The notes: generated by a model not told the origin, from the sequence alone. Positions 21,201 through 29,595 are shown, counted from the first letter of the stretch. The stretch: DNA of 64,000 bases from Odoribacteraceae bacterium (GCA_031276355.1 JAISNC010000061.1:17285-81284); one strand, 5' to 3'. Translations and numbers: made by a program.

Positions 21201-21503
21201 CAGCGTCTTCTGTCCCGTGTACTTGATGATCTGGGTCTTCATCCCGATAAACGAGAAGGTCAAGGTAAGATCCCCCTCGCCCTCGGGCACCTTGAGGGAG
21301 TACTCGCCGCTCACTCCCGTGGCTATCCCCGTGAGGAAACGGTTTTGGCTGTTGGCAAACACGACATTCACCCCCGTTAATCGCTCCTTCTTGCCATTCA
21401 ACATCTCGAAGACGGTGCCGGATACGACGCGCTGCCCGAGAACTTCTCCCGCCATCAACAAAAAAAGCGGTAGCAGTATGTGTTTAACTATTTTCATATA
21501 CAA
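18264..21503 (-). CDS. SusC/RagA-family TonB-linked outer-membrane transporter
   Basis: 1079 aa. Carboxypeptidase-regulatory-like N-terminus (VVSGTVFEMLNGKKERLTGVNVV), plug (EALQGRLGGVDI...EPLIVIDGVP) and barrel ending ...SFGVKLNF. No STN domain seen. Confidence 0.93.
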   Translation of the reverse strand: MYMKIVKHILLPLFLLMAGEVLGQRVVSGTVFEMLNGKKERLTGVNVVFANSQNRFLTGIATGVSGEYSLKVPEGEGDLTLTFSFIGMKTQIIKYTGQKTLDVILEAQETLMDEVTVVGGTHRNDLGLTDRQVISATQRIKLDDIMGVTPVSSVDEALQGRLGGVDIILGGDPGSRSAIRIRGTSSLNASSEPLIVIDGVPRDQEIDADFEFSTANEEDFGALLNINPSDIESIEVLKDASATAIWGSKGANGVLVVTTKKGAKGPTTFTLSTKFTVKEEPNTIPLLDGNQYVAMMQDAIWNTANAKGISFAGTELDLLFNTPELNYNPGWIYFDEYNQNTKWLDEVRSTALTSDNNFAMSGGGDKAIYRFSLGYLYEGGTSIGTALRRLSSALNISYFFSDRLRVDADFSYSQSNRDDNYHNARSEALKKMPNKSPYWIDDETGKRTTLYFSPVSDFQGAYNGSSHFNPVAMARESYNTTMGREAKMNFRLNYKLLSGLSYTGLVSMTIGSTKNQKFLPQSTTGVVWTNQYFNRSADLLSDKMSIVTENKLLYTRKWENDHEIVATAILKTSSSNNSSYSSQTYGNSSPNLADPTSGGKVVSMGSGSSRSRKVTATINLNYTLLDRYVLSGNLNMEGNSSMGNSNRFGVFDAFGVAWLAHEEDFLKEVTWLNEAKIRFGYGQSGTSPGGSAPYIGTFKALTPGYIDNAAIEPVRIQLDKLKWETSTEFNIGTDLSFLHKKVYVTFDWYTRKKRDLLQKDIDIPSSTGFSEIRYFNSGEMSNWGMEFRVEYEVFRSPEWLFSINANVSKNVNKIDKLPENMKQEQYEFKNGEYAQRVIAGNPAGSFYGYRYKGVYQNQVDTYARDRHGNVMMDFTGVPIRMKNGSVVVAPGDASYQDENMDGLINQYDIVYLGNAMPLFIGGGGFSLKYKEWLLTAFFHGRYGQKVINRARMTSEAMYGKDNQSTAVLKRWRNEGDDTDIPRALYNYGYNYLGSDRFVENASFVRFKTLSLNYTVPKRVTARWGVNRLDVFITAYDLFTWTNYTGQDPEVSLPSGVGLVQDNAQTPKAIRSSFGVKLNF

Positions 21504-21514
21504 CTCTCTTTACT

Positions 21515-23782
21515 TTAATACTCCAAGATATCTTCAATCAGATGAAAACCCCCGTCCTGATACGCGAACGGGAAATAATCAAACCGCTCGTCCACCTTCA
21601 CCTCGACGTTCTCGCTCGTCCGGACGCTCAACTTGTTCCCGTCATCAAGGATCGACAAGCGCGCATAGACAGGCCCCGTCGGCGTTGTCTCCGCGACCCG
21701 GCTCGTGCTAAACGTCCCGGCGCAATCCCCACCGATGTAGGGATAATCCACGATCCCGTTCACGTCGGTCGGCAGAAAATAGTACCGCAAGTACTCGGAA
21801 AGGGCCGCCCTGTCAGTGACCGTGCCGTCGGTGCTCACGCCGGGAATCCGACCGGCAGCGATGGCCGCCGTGATCGCCTCGTTGGTCGGGATAAAGACGA
21901 TAAAACGCGGCCCGATGAAGTTCAACGTGCCGTCCGACACCAGATTCGATCCCTGTATCAAGCTGGCAAATTGATAGAAGGGACGAGTCGCGTCCCGGTC
22001 AATGCTCAGTAACGCGGCCAAACGCTGGCTACCGGCAGGCATGAACACCTCGCCGGGATACGCGTAGACATGCCCGTTCGACCAGCGCGTCCCGTCGAAC
22101 AACACCTCCGAGAAGGAGACAAACGGGTCGTAACTCGCGTTATTTACCTTGCCCGCCGTGAACGTGGCGCTCGTCGTGATCTTGCCCTCTTTCAGGTACC
22201 AGTAGTTAAACGGGCTATTCGTCCGGATCACCTTCAAGCCCGACGCGGACAAAGCCGTGCCGCCGGTCACGAGGTGCATGTTCACGATATCCTGCATCAT
22301 CGCGCTACTCAAGGGCACCGGGATTCCGTCCTCCTCGATCATCAAATCCCCGTTCACGTCCTTGACAATACCGAGCGTCGCCAACTGGTCGTTTGTCGGC
22401 ATCAAAGCGACCATACTCACGTCGAGCGATGTCAACGACTCCAGTAAGCTGGAGTGCTTCAACAGGTAGAGATACCAGCTAAAACGCTTCTCCCGGAAGG
22501 CAGCCCCCGGGACGGCACGGTATATCTCCGGCACGGCCATCTCCTCCAGCCCGTAGAAGACCCCGTTGACGCACATCTTCCGGTCTTGCACTTTGGTCAC
22601 GTCAATATTGATCTTCGTGTTGTAGAGCGTGACGATATCCCCGCGCGTGATCTCCTCGGGGAAGACCACCAGCCCGCTATAAACATGATTGCCCAGCATG
22701 TAACTCATGGCTATATCGTCCACCTCGTCAAACGAGGTGTAGCCGCCGGGACGCCAGTAGCTCTCGAAAAAGGCCTCGAACGCCGCGTTCGAGGGAGCAA
22801 AGACACTGTAAGCCACTGAAGAAAGGGTGGAGATACTCCGGAAATTAGAGGTCGACCACTCGTAGGCGATGGGAGGTAGTTGATCACCGTGGCCGTACAA
22901 GTAGAGATCCGTGCCGTTACCGTAATTCGTCGTCAACTCGTCATCCTTCGCGAAACGCGCGAACTGCCCGTACATGTCCAAAAAGCGGCTGTACGCGTCC
23001 GCCCGCTTCGTCAACTCCTTGTAGATCGTCTCTAACGGTTCCAGCACCTTGTCAATCGTGTAGATATACCCGTTGTCCGTCACGATCCCGTACCCCGTCA
23101 CGCGCGCGTTCGAGACGTTAAACCCCTCGTCACCATCCCACCGCGACCCGGGGTAGAAATACTCGTAATTAGAGGCCGCATCAATACGCTTGGATTTAAA
23201 CAAGTGATGAGAAAATACGGGCAGGAAGCGCTCCGGGTGATAGAGCGTGATCTCCCTCGGCGTATACGTGGGCACCCCGTCCGTGTCGACCCCCTCCTCG
23301 TACACCGTGACCTGTTCAATCGGATCCTGGCTCTTCGTCCGGTGCTTGTAATAAAGCCCCGCCGCGTATGTCGAGTTCTCCTCCCCGTCGGGACGGAAAT
23401 TCTCGAGCATGCTCTTGCTGTAAGAGTAATACATCAAATGGAAGCCTATCAACTTGGAGAGCTCCTCCTTGGGAAGTTGATCAATAGACGAGACCCCCTT
23501 GGCGGTCAGGTAAGCCTGGAAAGCGGCATCGTCAGGAGCCATGACCGTCAGGATACTTTTCCCCTCCACGATGGGCTTAAAGCCGGCCAGTTCCACCCCT
23601 TTCAAGAAAATAGCGTAATTACCCCTATCTTCCAAGACCTCCCAAGCACTGCCCTTCAACCAGTCGGGGATCTTGTAGTGCTCATCCATCTTGCTCTCGC
23701 AAGCGAAGAGGAGAAACGAGAGGAGGAAGAGACTCCATCCTCTTTGAATACATGTCTTTTTCATAAGATTTCGTGTTATCAA
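21515..23782 (-). CDS. multi-FAS1 (fasciclin) domain surface lipoprotein
   Basis: 755 aa. Lipobox LLFAC. Several FAS1-like blocks (ILTVMAPDDAAFQAYL..., YSVFAPSNAAFEAF..., VALMPTNDQLATLG..., FIVFIPTNEAITAA...). The start may be the internal Met at 23764. Confidence 0.75.
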   Translation of the reverse strand: MITRNLMKKTCIQRGWSLFLLSFLLFACESKMDEHYKIPDWLKGSAWEVLEDRGNYAIFLKGVELAGFKPIVEGKSILTVMAPDDAAFQAYLTAKGVSSIDQLPKEELSKLIGFHLMYYSYSKSMLENFRPDGEENSTYAAGLYYKHRTKSQDPIEQVTVYEEGVDTDGVPTYTPREITLYHPERFLPVFSHHLFKSKRIDAASNYEYFYPGSRWDGDEGFNVSNARVTGYGIVTDNGYIYTIDKVLEPLETIYKELTKRADAYSRFLDMYGQFARFAKDDELTTNYGNGTDLYLYGHGDQLPPIAYEWSTSNFRSISTLSSVAYSVFAPSNAAFEAFFESYWRPGGYTSFDEVDDIAMSYMLGNHVYSGLVVFPEEITRGDIVTLYNTKINIDVTKVQDRKMCVNGVFYGLEEMAVPEIYRAVPGAAFREKRFSWYLYLLKHSSLLESLTSLDVSMVALMPTNDQLATLGIVKDVNGDLMIEEDGIPVPLSSAMMQDIVNMHLVTGGTALSASGLKVIRTNSPFNYWYLKEGKITTSATFTAGKVNNASYDPFVSFSEVLFDGTRWSNGHVYAYPGEVFMPAGSQRLAALLSIDRDATRPFYQFASLIQGSNLVSDGTLNFIGPRFIVFIPTNEAITAAIAAGRIPGVSTDGTVTDRAALSEYLRYYFLPTDVNGIVDYPYIGGDCAGTFSTSRVAETTPTGPVYARLSILDDGNKLSVRTSENVEVKVDERFDYFPFAYQDGGFHLIEDILEY

Positions 23783-23806
23783 GTTGTGTAATTATAAATT
23801 TAGTTC

Positions 23807-25945
23807 TCAAGGTAATTTTTCCAAGCCCTCCCACTTCACTTTCCAACCCTTGGGAATACCCGGATTCTTCGCCGTGCAACCGTCGTAACCGGCACACATC
23901 ATGGCCGCGGCCGTCAAAAGAGCACCATTACCCGGCAAGTAGACCCGCAAACGCGTATCCTGGTAATTATGCCCGTTGGGCAAGTAGGTATTCTTCTGCT
24001 GCTCCATCAACAACAGGTCGACAGCCTTCTCCGGCAAGCCCAACCGCACGGCGGTCATGGCGGCCAGGGGATAATCCCAGCCCCACGTGTGACTCCAGAA
24101 CCAGTTATCGTGAATAAAATGGAACGTGCCGGTCATGACCTCCCGGTTCACCAAATAGTCCACGGGCGGGAGAAAACCATAGGCGGCCAGTACCATCGGG
24201 TGGTCGGACATGTACTTCTCGTTCGTATACGTGTCCGGCAAACTCTCCGCCGCGAGATAAAGCCCCTCTCTCTCGACAAAAGGAGGAAACTTCGCGAGGA
24301 TCGCGTCCCACAACGTATCTCGCTCCATGCCCAAGCGTACCCGCCACGCCTGGGCCGTCTTCAACCCCCAGTGCCAGTAAGAGACCTCAAAGGGTGGATT
24401 ATGAGAATTATCCGGCTTCAACGTCTCTTGGGCACCGTTCACGTGCTTCAGCGAGTAGCAATCCCTCTCCTTCTCGTACACCACGAAATCGGCCATGAAC
24501 TCGGCGGTAGCAAACACCAGCTCCTGGTACGCTTGCAACGCCTCCTCGCCGAAACGACGGTAAAGCAACTCGGCAAAATAGATCACGTGAGGCTGCTGCC
24601 AGATCAACAACGACCCGACGCTCGACGGTGCCTCTTTCGCCGACGGATCCGTCATCTTCATCCAGCGCGCCCCCTTGTAACCTTGCCTCTCCGCGATTTG
24701 CCGGGCCTCCCGGAACGCGTCTCCCTGGAACCACTCCATCGTGGGCTTGAGCAAATCCGCCCGGTTCCACAACGCGAAATGCACCTGATGCCACCAGACC
24801 ATCTCCAAGTGGAACTTCCCGAACCAGCTATTGTAGGTAAGCCCCGTCTCCTGCGGGGGTGTCGATCCCGCGCATTGGATAGCCGTCAAATACTGCGACA
24901 ACACCACGCGCCGCTCCAACTCGAAAGCCCGGGGATCCTTGTTCCCCGAAAAATCAATAGCACCCCCTGACATCCAAAAATGTTGCCAACGCGCGATGCT
25001 ACTCTCTGCCGTTTGTCGGTAGGTGGGGAGTTCCATCGTTTGCATCACCGGGGCAAAACAACAGGTCAACTCGATTTGCCGCTCTCCGGCCCCCGGCTCA
25101 AGCAAGAAATAGTGCCGCTCCTTCTCCACGATCCCGGCACGGCCACTCCACGACAGTCGCACCTGATAACGGGTGGTGTCCAGCACGCGTTGCAACGTGG
25201 CCCCGCTCGAGTCGCGCGCCGTCAACACGCTCCGGTGCTCCAGCGGTCGGCTCCAGTCGCTGGCAGCGTCACTGTGCCTCCCGGTAGGATAAGGGAACGT
25301 GAGCCGCACCTTCAAGCGTCCCGCCGCGACGAGCGAAGAGAGCACCCGCGTGGAGACCGCATCGACGGTGGGATGCGCATACGTGGTTACCTCGACCCGC
25401 TCGCCCTCGAAGAGAAACGTCGAGCGGATACCACCCGACCAAAGATCGATCTCCTGCTCGATGTTCGAAATATCTTCCGGCGCGGCCGCGGAACCATCCT
25501 CCTTAACGAGTTCCAGCCCGACGTACCCCAGATGCAACCGGTGCGGATTCACGCGAAAATAGTCCGCGGCCTTGGCGGCATGTTCCGGGTTTTTCACCTG
25601 CACGGAGTAAAGCTCTTCCCGTCCGCGGCCGAAGTTATACGCGCGCAACGTCTCCTCGAAGCGGTAATCGCGATCATTCGGGAAACTGTGCCATCCCCAC
25701 TGCGACTGTGTTCCCAACGGGACTCCCGCTTCATACAGTTCCGGGAAGGTCTGCAACCCCGTGGCATCCACCGTGAAGGCAAAACCACCGTTCCCCACGG
25801 AGAGCGAGGCGAGGGGATCAAAATGATCGACCCGGACGTTGTGTCTCCGCACCAGTGCCTTCCTGTCTATTCCCTCTCCCGTCGGGCGCTCGCACCCCAC
25901 CCCGCCCAAGAGGAGAAGCGCCACGAGATAGATGTTTTTCATCAT
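23807..25945 (-). CDS. putative glycoside hydrolase-like lipoprotein (family not assignable by eye)
   Basis: About 712 aa from MMKNIYLVALLLLGGVGC (lipobox). Trp/aromatic-rich blocks (WWHQVHFALWN, LIWQQPHVIYFAELLYR) recall an alpha/alpha-barrel glycosidase. First gene of the SusCD locus. The CDS call is solid, the function is tentative. Confidence 0.55.
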   Translation of the reverse strand: MMKNIYLVALLLLGGVGCERPTGEGIDRKALVRRHNVRVDHFDPLASLSVGNGGFAFTVDATGLQTFPELYEAGVPLGTQSQWGWHSFPNDRDYRFEETLRAYNFGRGREELYSVQVKNPEHAAKAADYFRVNPHRLHLGYVGLELVKEDGSAAAPEDISNIEQEIDLWSGGIRSTFLFEGERVEVTTYAHPTVDAVSTRVLSSLVAAGRLKVRLTFPYPTGRHSDAASDWSRPLEHRSVLTARDSSGATLQRVLDTTRYQVRLSWSGRAGIVEKERHYFLLEPGAGERQIELTCCFAPVMQTMELPTYRQTAESSIARWQHFWMSGGAIDFSGNKDPRAFELERRVVLSQYLTAIQCAGSTPPQETGLTYNSWFGKFHLEMVWWHQVHFALWNRADLLKPTMEWFQGDAFREARQIAERQGYKGARWMKMTDPSAKEAPSSVGSLLIWQQPHVIYFAELLYRRFGEEALQAYQELVFATAEFMADFVVYEKERDCYSLKHVNGAQETLKPDNSHNPPFEVSYWHWGLKTAQAWRVRLGMERDTLWDAILAKFPPFVEREGLYLAAESLPDTYTNEKYMSDHPMVLAAYGFLPPVDYLVNREVMTGTFHFIHDNWFWSHTWGWDYPLAAMTAVRLGLPEKAVDLLLMEQQKNTYLPNGHNYQDTRLRVYLPGNGALLTAAAMMCAGYDGCTAKNPGIPKGWKVKWEGLEKLP

Positions 25946-26044
25946 GGTTTCATAGTTTTCATTAAACACGGTTTCTCATCAAATCGCTATTGCTACATCG
26001 CGGACAAGCATGCGCCTTCCAGGCGAGTACTCTTTCAATATTCG

Positions 26045-26052
26045 CAAATATA
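26045..26052 (-). promoter_or_regulatory. candidate Bacteroidota -7 promoter box (TATATTTG on the minus strand) for the SusCD locus
   Basis: Matches the Bacteroides-type TAnnTTTG consensus about 100 nt upstream of the 25945 ATG. Confidence 0.4.
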
Positions 26053-26543
26053 TGACACTGTTTAATAACATAACATCATATTTTGGCCTTTCAGCACGCT
26101 ATTTTGTCTTTTCTACATCAAAATCAAACGCGTAAGACATGAAAATTGATCCTCCGGGAAGCCTTTGCCAAGGCAATCACGCCCCTCTTCAACGCCCTAA
26201 AAGAGGGGGAGAGACAAAATAGCATCCATTTCCCCGCTAAACCACGCCATGCGATAGGGGGTAGATAGAAAAAAAAACCGAAATAGCACATTGATGGTAT
26301 CAACCAGAGGGGCCTTGTCTAAAACTCCATTTATCACCCGAAGAGCTGAATCGTTGTAAGGATTTTCAGACGCGAGGAAGCAACAAAGCAAGATAAAAAA
26401 CCGGATTTTGGGTAAATAAACTCCTTGTTCAACTGACAAAACAACCGTAGGGGCTGTCCCAAAAGTCGATTTTAGGGAGTTATCTCGCATCCCGGACAGG
26501 ATGCCCGACCGGGTTCCGTCATCGCGAACAAAAAAATGAGTGT

Positions 26544-26811
26544 GTGTCAAAAGTCGGATTTCGTCATTGCGATCCGCATAGCGGGAAGCAATCCAGAAAT
26601 CCGTAACCCCCTGGATTGCTTCACCCTTCGGGATTCGCAATGACGAAACCAAAGATTGTAATTCCCGTCATTGCGATCCGCGGAGCGGGAAGCAATCCAG
26701 AAACCCGTAACCCCCTGGATTGCTTCACCCTTCGGGTTCGCAAGGACGAAAACCGCCCGAACATCTCGGCCGGGATGCGAGGTACCCTCTCCGAAATCCG
26801 ACTTTTGACAC
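26544..26811. repeat. 268-bp composite palindromic REP-like element: 20-bp perfect terminal inverted repeats enclosing two direct ~86-bp hairpin sub-elements
   Basis: GTGTCAAAAGTCGGATTTCG (26544-26563) against its exact complement at 26792-26811. Sub-elements at 26562-26648 and 26666-26751 (CGTCATTGCGATCCGC..GCGGGAAGCAATCCAGAAA.CCGTAACCCCCTGGATTGCTTCACCCTTCGGG.TTCGCAA.GACGAAA) have a 104-bp period. Confidence 0.88.
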
Positions 26812-26842
26812 ACCCTCTCCTACACCTGAACGTCCTTGGTAA

Positions 26843-26914
26843 CCCGGAGGGTGAAGCAATCCAGGGATTTACGGGTTGCTGGATTGCTTCCCGCTCCGCG
26901 GATCGCGATGACGG
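26843..26914. repeat. third, inverted copy of the GGGAAGCAATCCAG hairpin sub-element
   Basis: The reverse complement reads CCGTCATCGCGATCCGCGGAGCGGGAAGCAATCCAGCAACCCGTAAATCCCTGGATTGCTTCACCCTCCGGG. Confidence 0.78.
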
Positions 26915-26945
26915 GGTGCACGGGAGACGGGCGCTTCGCTCCCTT

Positions 26946-29168
26946 TTACTCTTGGATACAGCGCACGGAGATGGCGTTGGCGCAAGCCATGTAGTTCCAC
27001 GGGGTGACGTAGGAATTGAGCAACATCAAGTCATAACCGGCCCAGATGTTGAGCGGCGCGGACGACCAGTAGGAACCGCGGGCACCATATTCGTGCATGG
27101 TGCCTTGAGTGGAAGAGCGAGAGCCTGACACCGGATAGAAGGCCGTTTCGCCTGTGCCGACCCCGTCCATGTAGAACTCCAAGCCAACCCCTGGATAGCT
27201 AACGGCGTTTGGCGTAGTACCAGTAAGGAGAAACGTGCTCCACGTGCCCTGCGCGGGCGGTAGCTTCCACCCCGGGGGACAGGGATCGAAAAGGCTCTTG
27301 CCGGTCGGCGAGACATGCCATGTCGGGTTATGCCACGAGTTAGCGCTATACGGGTTGTTTTGCACCCAGTCGGCACTCCCGGCACCGTAGAAGGTATAAG
27401 GCCTCTGCACCGCCGTCTTGATCGACGTCCCGCCCTGGACCCGCACGATACAATCGCCGGCGGTAGCGGTAAAAGCGGTCACCGCCGTCCCGGAGACATC
27501 ATACAACTTCACGGTCGCGGCGGGGAACGGGTCCTTGCGCCCGAACTGGTAGTACAGGCCGCCGGTCTTGGCAAGGCCATCCCCGCGGTCGGCGCTGGCG
27601 GCGCCCAGGTTACGGTCCATGATGAATTTATCGGCGTAACTGGTGGCCCACGTCTCGCCGGAGTAACGATGCACGTGCCCGCCGGACACACCGTACGAGT
27701 AGACGTCCTCCTGCCAGGCAAGCGGCGCTTCGTCCGGGTTGTAGCCCGTGAGCCACACGTGCCAGCTCCAGAGATACTCCGTGGCGTCCTCTTTCCTGAC
27801 CCCGATCAACGCGTTCCCCGAGGCCGTCGGGCCCGCGGGGCTGAAGTAGAAATAAGAGTCCCCCGTGCCAGCGTACCTGTCGCCCGAGGGCACGCCGCTG
27901 GCCTCGCAGAACTTGATCAACTCGACGCCCGCGCCACCGTCCTGCCAGATCACCTCGGCCACCCACCCGGTATTGTCGGAAAGCACGCCCCCCGGCACCC
28001 CCCCGTCCGGGGAACCCCAGAACCGGTTGACGCGGTCAACGGGCACGCCGTAGGTGGTCTGCACGGCCCCGGGAAGCGGGTTGATGATGTAGGAGTTCGC
28101 CCCGGCCAGCTGCACCTGGCCCAGGTTCTCCACGCGGCTGTCCTGCGCGACGTCTCCCGCGGTGTTAAAGACGACCGGCAGCGTGTAGTGATAATTCGGC
28201 ACGATGTTGAAATCGTTCGTCATGTTCGCGCCCGGGTAGAAGCGGTAACGCAACGGCTTGCCACCGCCGTCCTCGATCGCCCCGGCGGTCACGGCCATGA
28301 TCTCGACGTAAGTGGCGCGAGCGGGCGCGTCCACGTTCTTCCCCGCTTCCGTGCTCGCCCCGGTGGTACCCTGGCGGTTGCGGGGCAGGTAATAGCGCAA
28401 CGTCTCCACGGCAGCACCGGGAGCCAGGTCAAGCGTGTCGACGGGAAGGTCGAACACGCCCGACTGGGCGGGCGTGGGGCTCGGGGGCGTGGCGCCGTCA
28501 AGCAGCCGGTCGGCGTAGAAGAGGCGATTAGGCACGTTGCGCAACCGCGCGGAGGTGATCGTCACGCCCGAGGCGGCGGTGTTGTTAATCGTCAGCGTGA
28601 GCTTGGCCACGTTGCGGTACAACGTGCACTCCAACGAGGTGGTGCTGCTGGTCACGTTGACCGTGCCGTTCATGAGCAAGTCGGGGGGGGTGTCCGCGGG
28701 ATTGTACAGGTCGGCCAGCCCGTGGAGCCTCTCGTGAACGGTTGCCAGGCCGGCCAGCGTGGTGACGGCACCCAGCGTGGTGCCGAGCGATTCGGAATGG
28801 GTGTTGGCTATCAACACGCACTGGTAGGTCGTGTTGGCCGGGGGAAGTACCACCGCGACCGCCGTGGTAGACGTCAGGGCGGGCATCGTGTAATAACGGG
28901 GAGCGCCGATCCGTACCCCGTTCTCGTTGAATTGCAACATCCAGAAGTCCTTGACGATGTAGCCGGGGGCGGTGCCCTCCTCCACCTCCAGCGGGTCGGG
29001 CAAGGCCCGCGTGCCGGCCAGGCCGGGAGCCTCCTCGGGCACCGCGGCGAGAGAGAGGGCGATCGTGGTCTCGAGCCCCTCGTTGCCGGTGGACCCCACC
29101 GGCTCGTCCGCGCACGACAAGGCCGCGAGGGCCACCAGCGCAAGTGAACAAATTCGTGATATATTCAT
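26946..29168 (-). CDS. surface lipoprotein with a fimbrillin-like N-terminal/middle region and a C-terminal FISUMP domain
   Basis: Lipobox ALAALSC. Fimbrillin-like blocks (LECTLYRNVAKLTLTINN, ARLRNVPNRLFY, ATYVEIMAV, NIVPNYHYTLPVVF). FISUMP-like C-terminus ending ...SVRCIQE. The start is set at the ATG at 29168 (MNISRICS...). The ORF track starts at 29192, inside a repeat array. Confidence 0.8.
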   Translation of the reverse strand: MNISRICSLALVALAALSCADEPVGSTGNEGLETTIALSLAAVPEEAPGLAGTRALPDPLEVEEGTAPGYIVKDFWMLQFNENGVRIGAPRYYTMPALTSTTAVAVVLPPANTTYQCVLIANTHSESLGTTLGAVTTLAGLATVHERLHGLADLYNPADTPPDLLMNGTVNVTSSTTSLECTLYRNVAKLTLTINNTAASGVTITSARLRNVPNRLFYADRLLDGATPPSPTPAQSGVFDLPVDTLDLAPGAAVETLRYYLPRNRQGTTGASTEAGKNVDAPARATYVEIMAVTAGAIEDGGGKPLRYRFYPGANMTNDFNIVPNYHYTLPVVFNTAGDVAQDSRVENLGQVQLAGANSYIINPLPGAVQTTYGVPVDRVNRFWGSPDGGVPGGVLSDNTGWVAEVIWQDGGAGVELIKFCEASGVPSGDRYAGTGDSYFYFSPAGPTASGNALIGVRKEDATEYLWSWHVWLTGYNPDEAPLAWQEDVYSYGVSGGHVHRYSGETWATSYADKFIMDRNLGAASADRGDGLAKTGGLYYQFGRKDPFPAATVKLYDVSGTAVTAFTATAGDCIVRVQGGTSIKTAVQRPYTFYGAGSADWVQNNPYSANSWHNPTWHVSPTGKSLFDPCPPGWKLPPAQGTWSTFLLTGTTPNAVSYPGVGLEFYMDGVGTGETAFYPVSGSRSSTQGTMHEYGARGSYWSSAPLNIWAGYDLMLLNSYVTPWNYMACANAISVRCIQE

Positions 29169-29180
29169 GCTGTTCCTATT

Positions 29181-29251
29181 TTTATCGTTCATAATTTATC
29201 GTTTATCGTTTTAATTTATCGCTTCGTTTATCGTTTTAATTTATCGCTGGC
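29181..29251. repeat. array of six TTTATCG heptamers, including two tandem 25-bp units
   Basis: Heptamers at 29181, 29195, 29202, 29215, 29227 and 29240. 29202-29226 and 29227-29251 are near-identical (TTTATCGTTTTAATTTATCGCTnnn). Confidence 0.88.
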
Positions 29252-29326
29252 CCGCGCGACGACCCGGCCGGCCACCCCGCCGCGAGGCCACTTGCCTGCG
29301 AATCATCGACACGCGATTGGACGACA

Positions 29327-29334
29327 CAAATATA
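29327..29334 (-). promoter_or_regulatory. candidate -7 box (TATATTTG on the minus strand) for the FISUMP lipoprotein gene
   Basis: TAnnTTTG match about 160 nt upstream of the 29168 ATG. This would place the heptamer array in the 5' leader. Confidence 0.35.
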
Positions 29335-29498
29335 TAATAAAATTTTATCATATATGAATGAATCAATTTTTCTCGCCCGCCCCACTTTTATCGGGCCAGC
29401 GCCTGTTTATCAAGACGATAAATGGAGATTTTAGCGCATTGTGCCCCGGTCGAGGCGGTCATTACGATATACACACATAGTTATTCAAAAATTTTCAC

Positions 29499-29506
29499 TA
29501 CCTTTG
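29499..29506 (+). promoter_or_regulatory. candidate -7 box (TACCTTTG) for the nitroreductase-family gene
   Basis: TAnnTTTG match about 90 nt upstream of the 29596 ATG. Confidence 0.4.
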
Positions 29507-29595
29507 CCTTGTTACCTGAAACAGGTCTCTCGCGATGCCGACGGCAACGCGACCGCAACGAACGCATGAGAATACTATTATTAAAACGTACCATT

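Noticed and set aside
26197-27128. Three ORFs of 88 to 170 aa (26197-26652 -, 26547-26813 -, 26616-27128 +)
   Set aside because: They read through the palindromic repeat copies on both strands. Their repeated peptide strings simply mirror the DNA repeats. No start signals or domains.
27315-29147. 610-aa plus-strand ORF
   Set aside because: It is antisense to the FISUMP lipoprotein gene, which has a lipobox, recognisable domains and a paralog. The antisense translation is an R/G/H/P-rich artefact.
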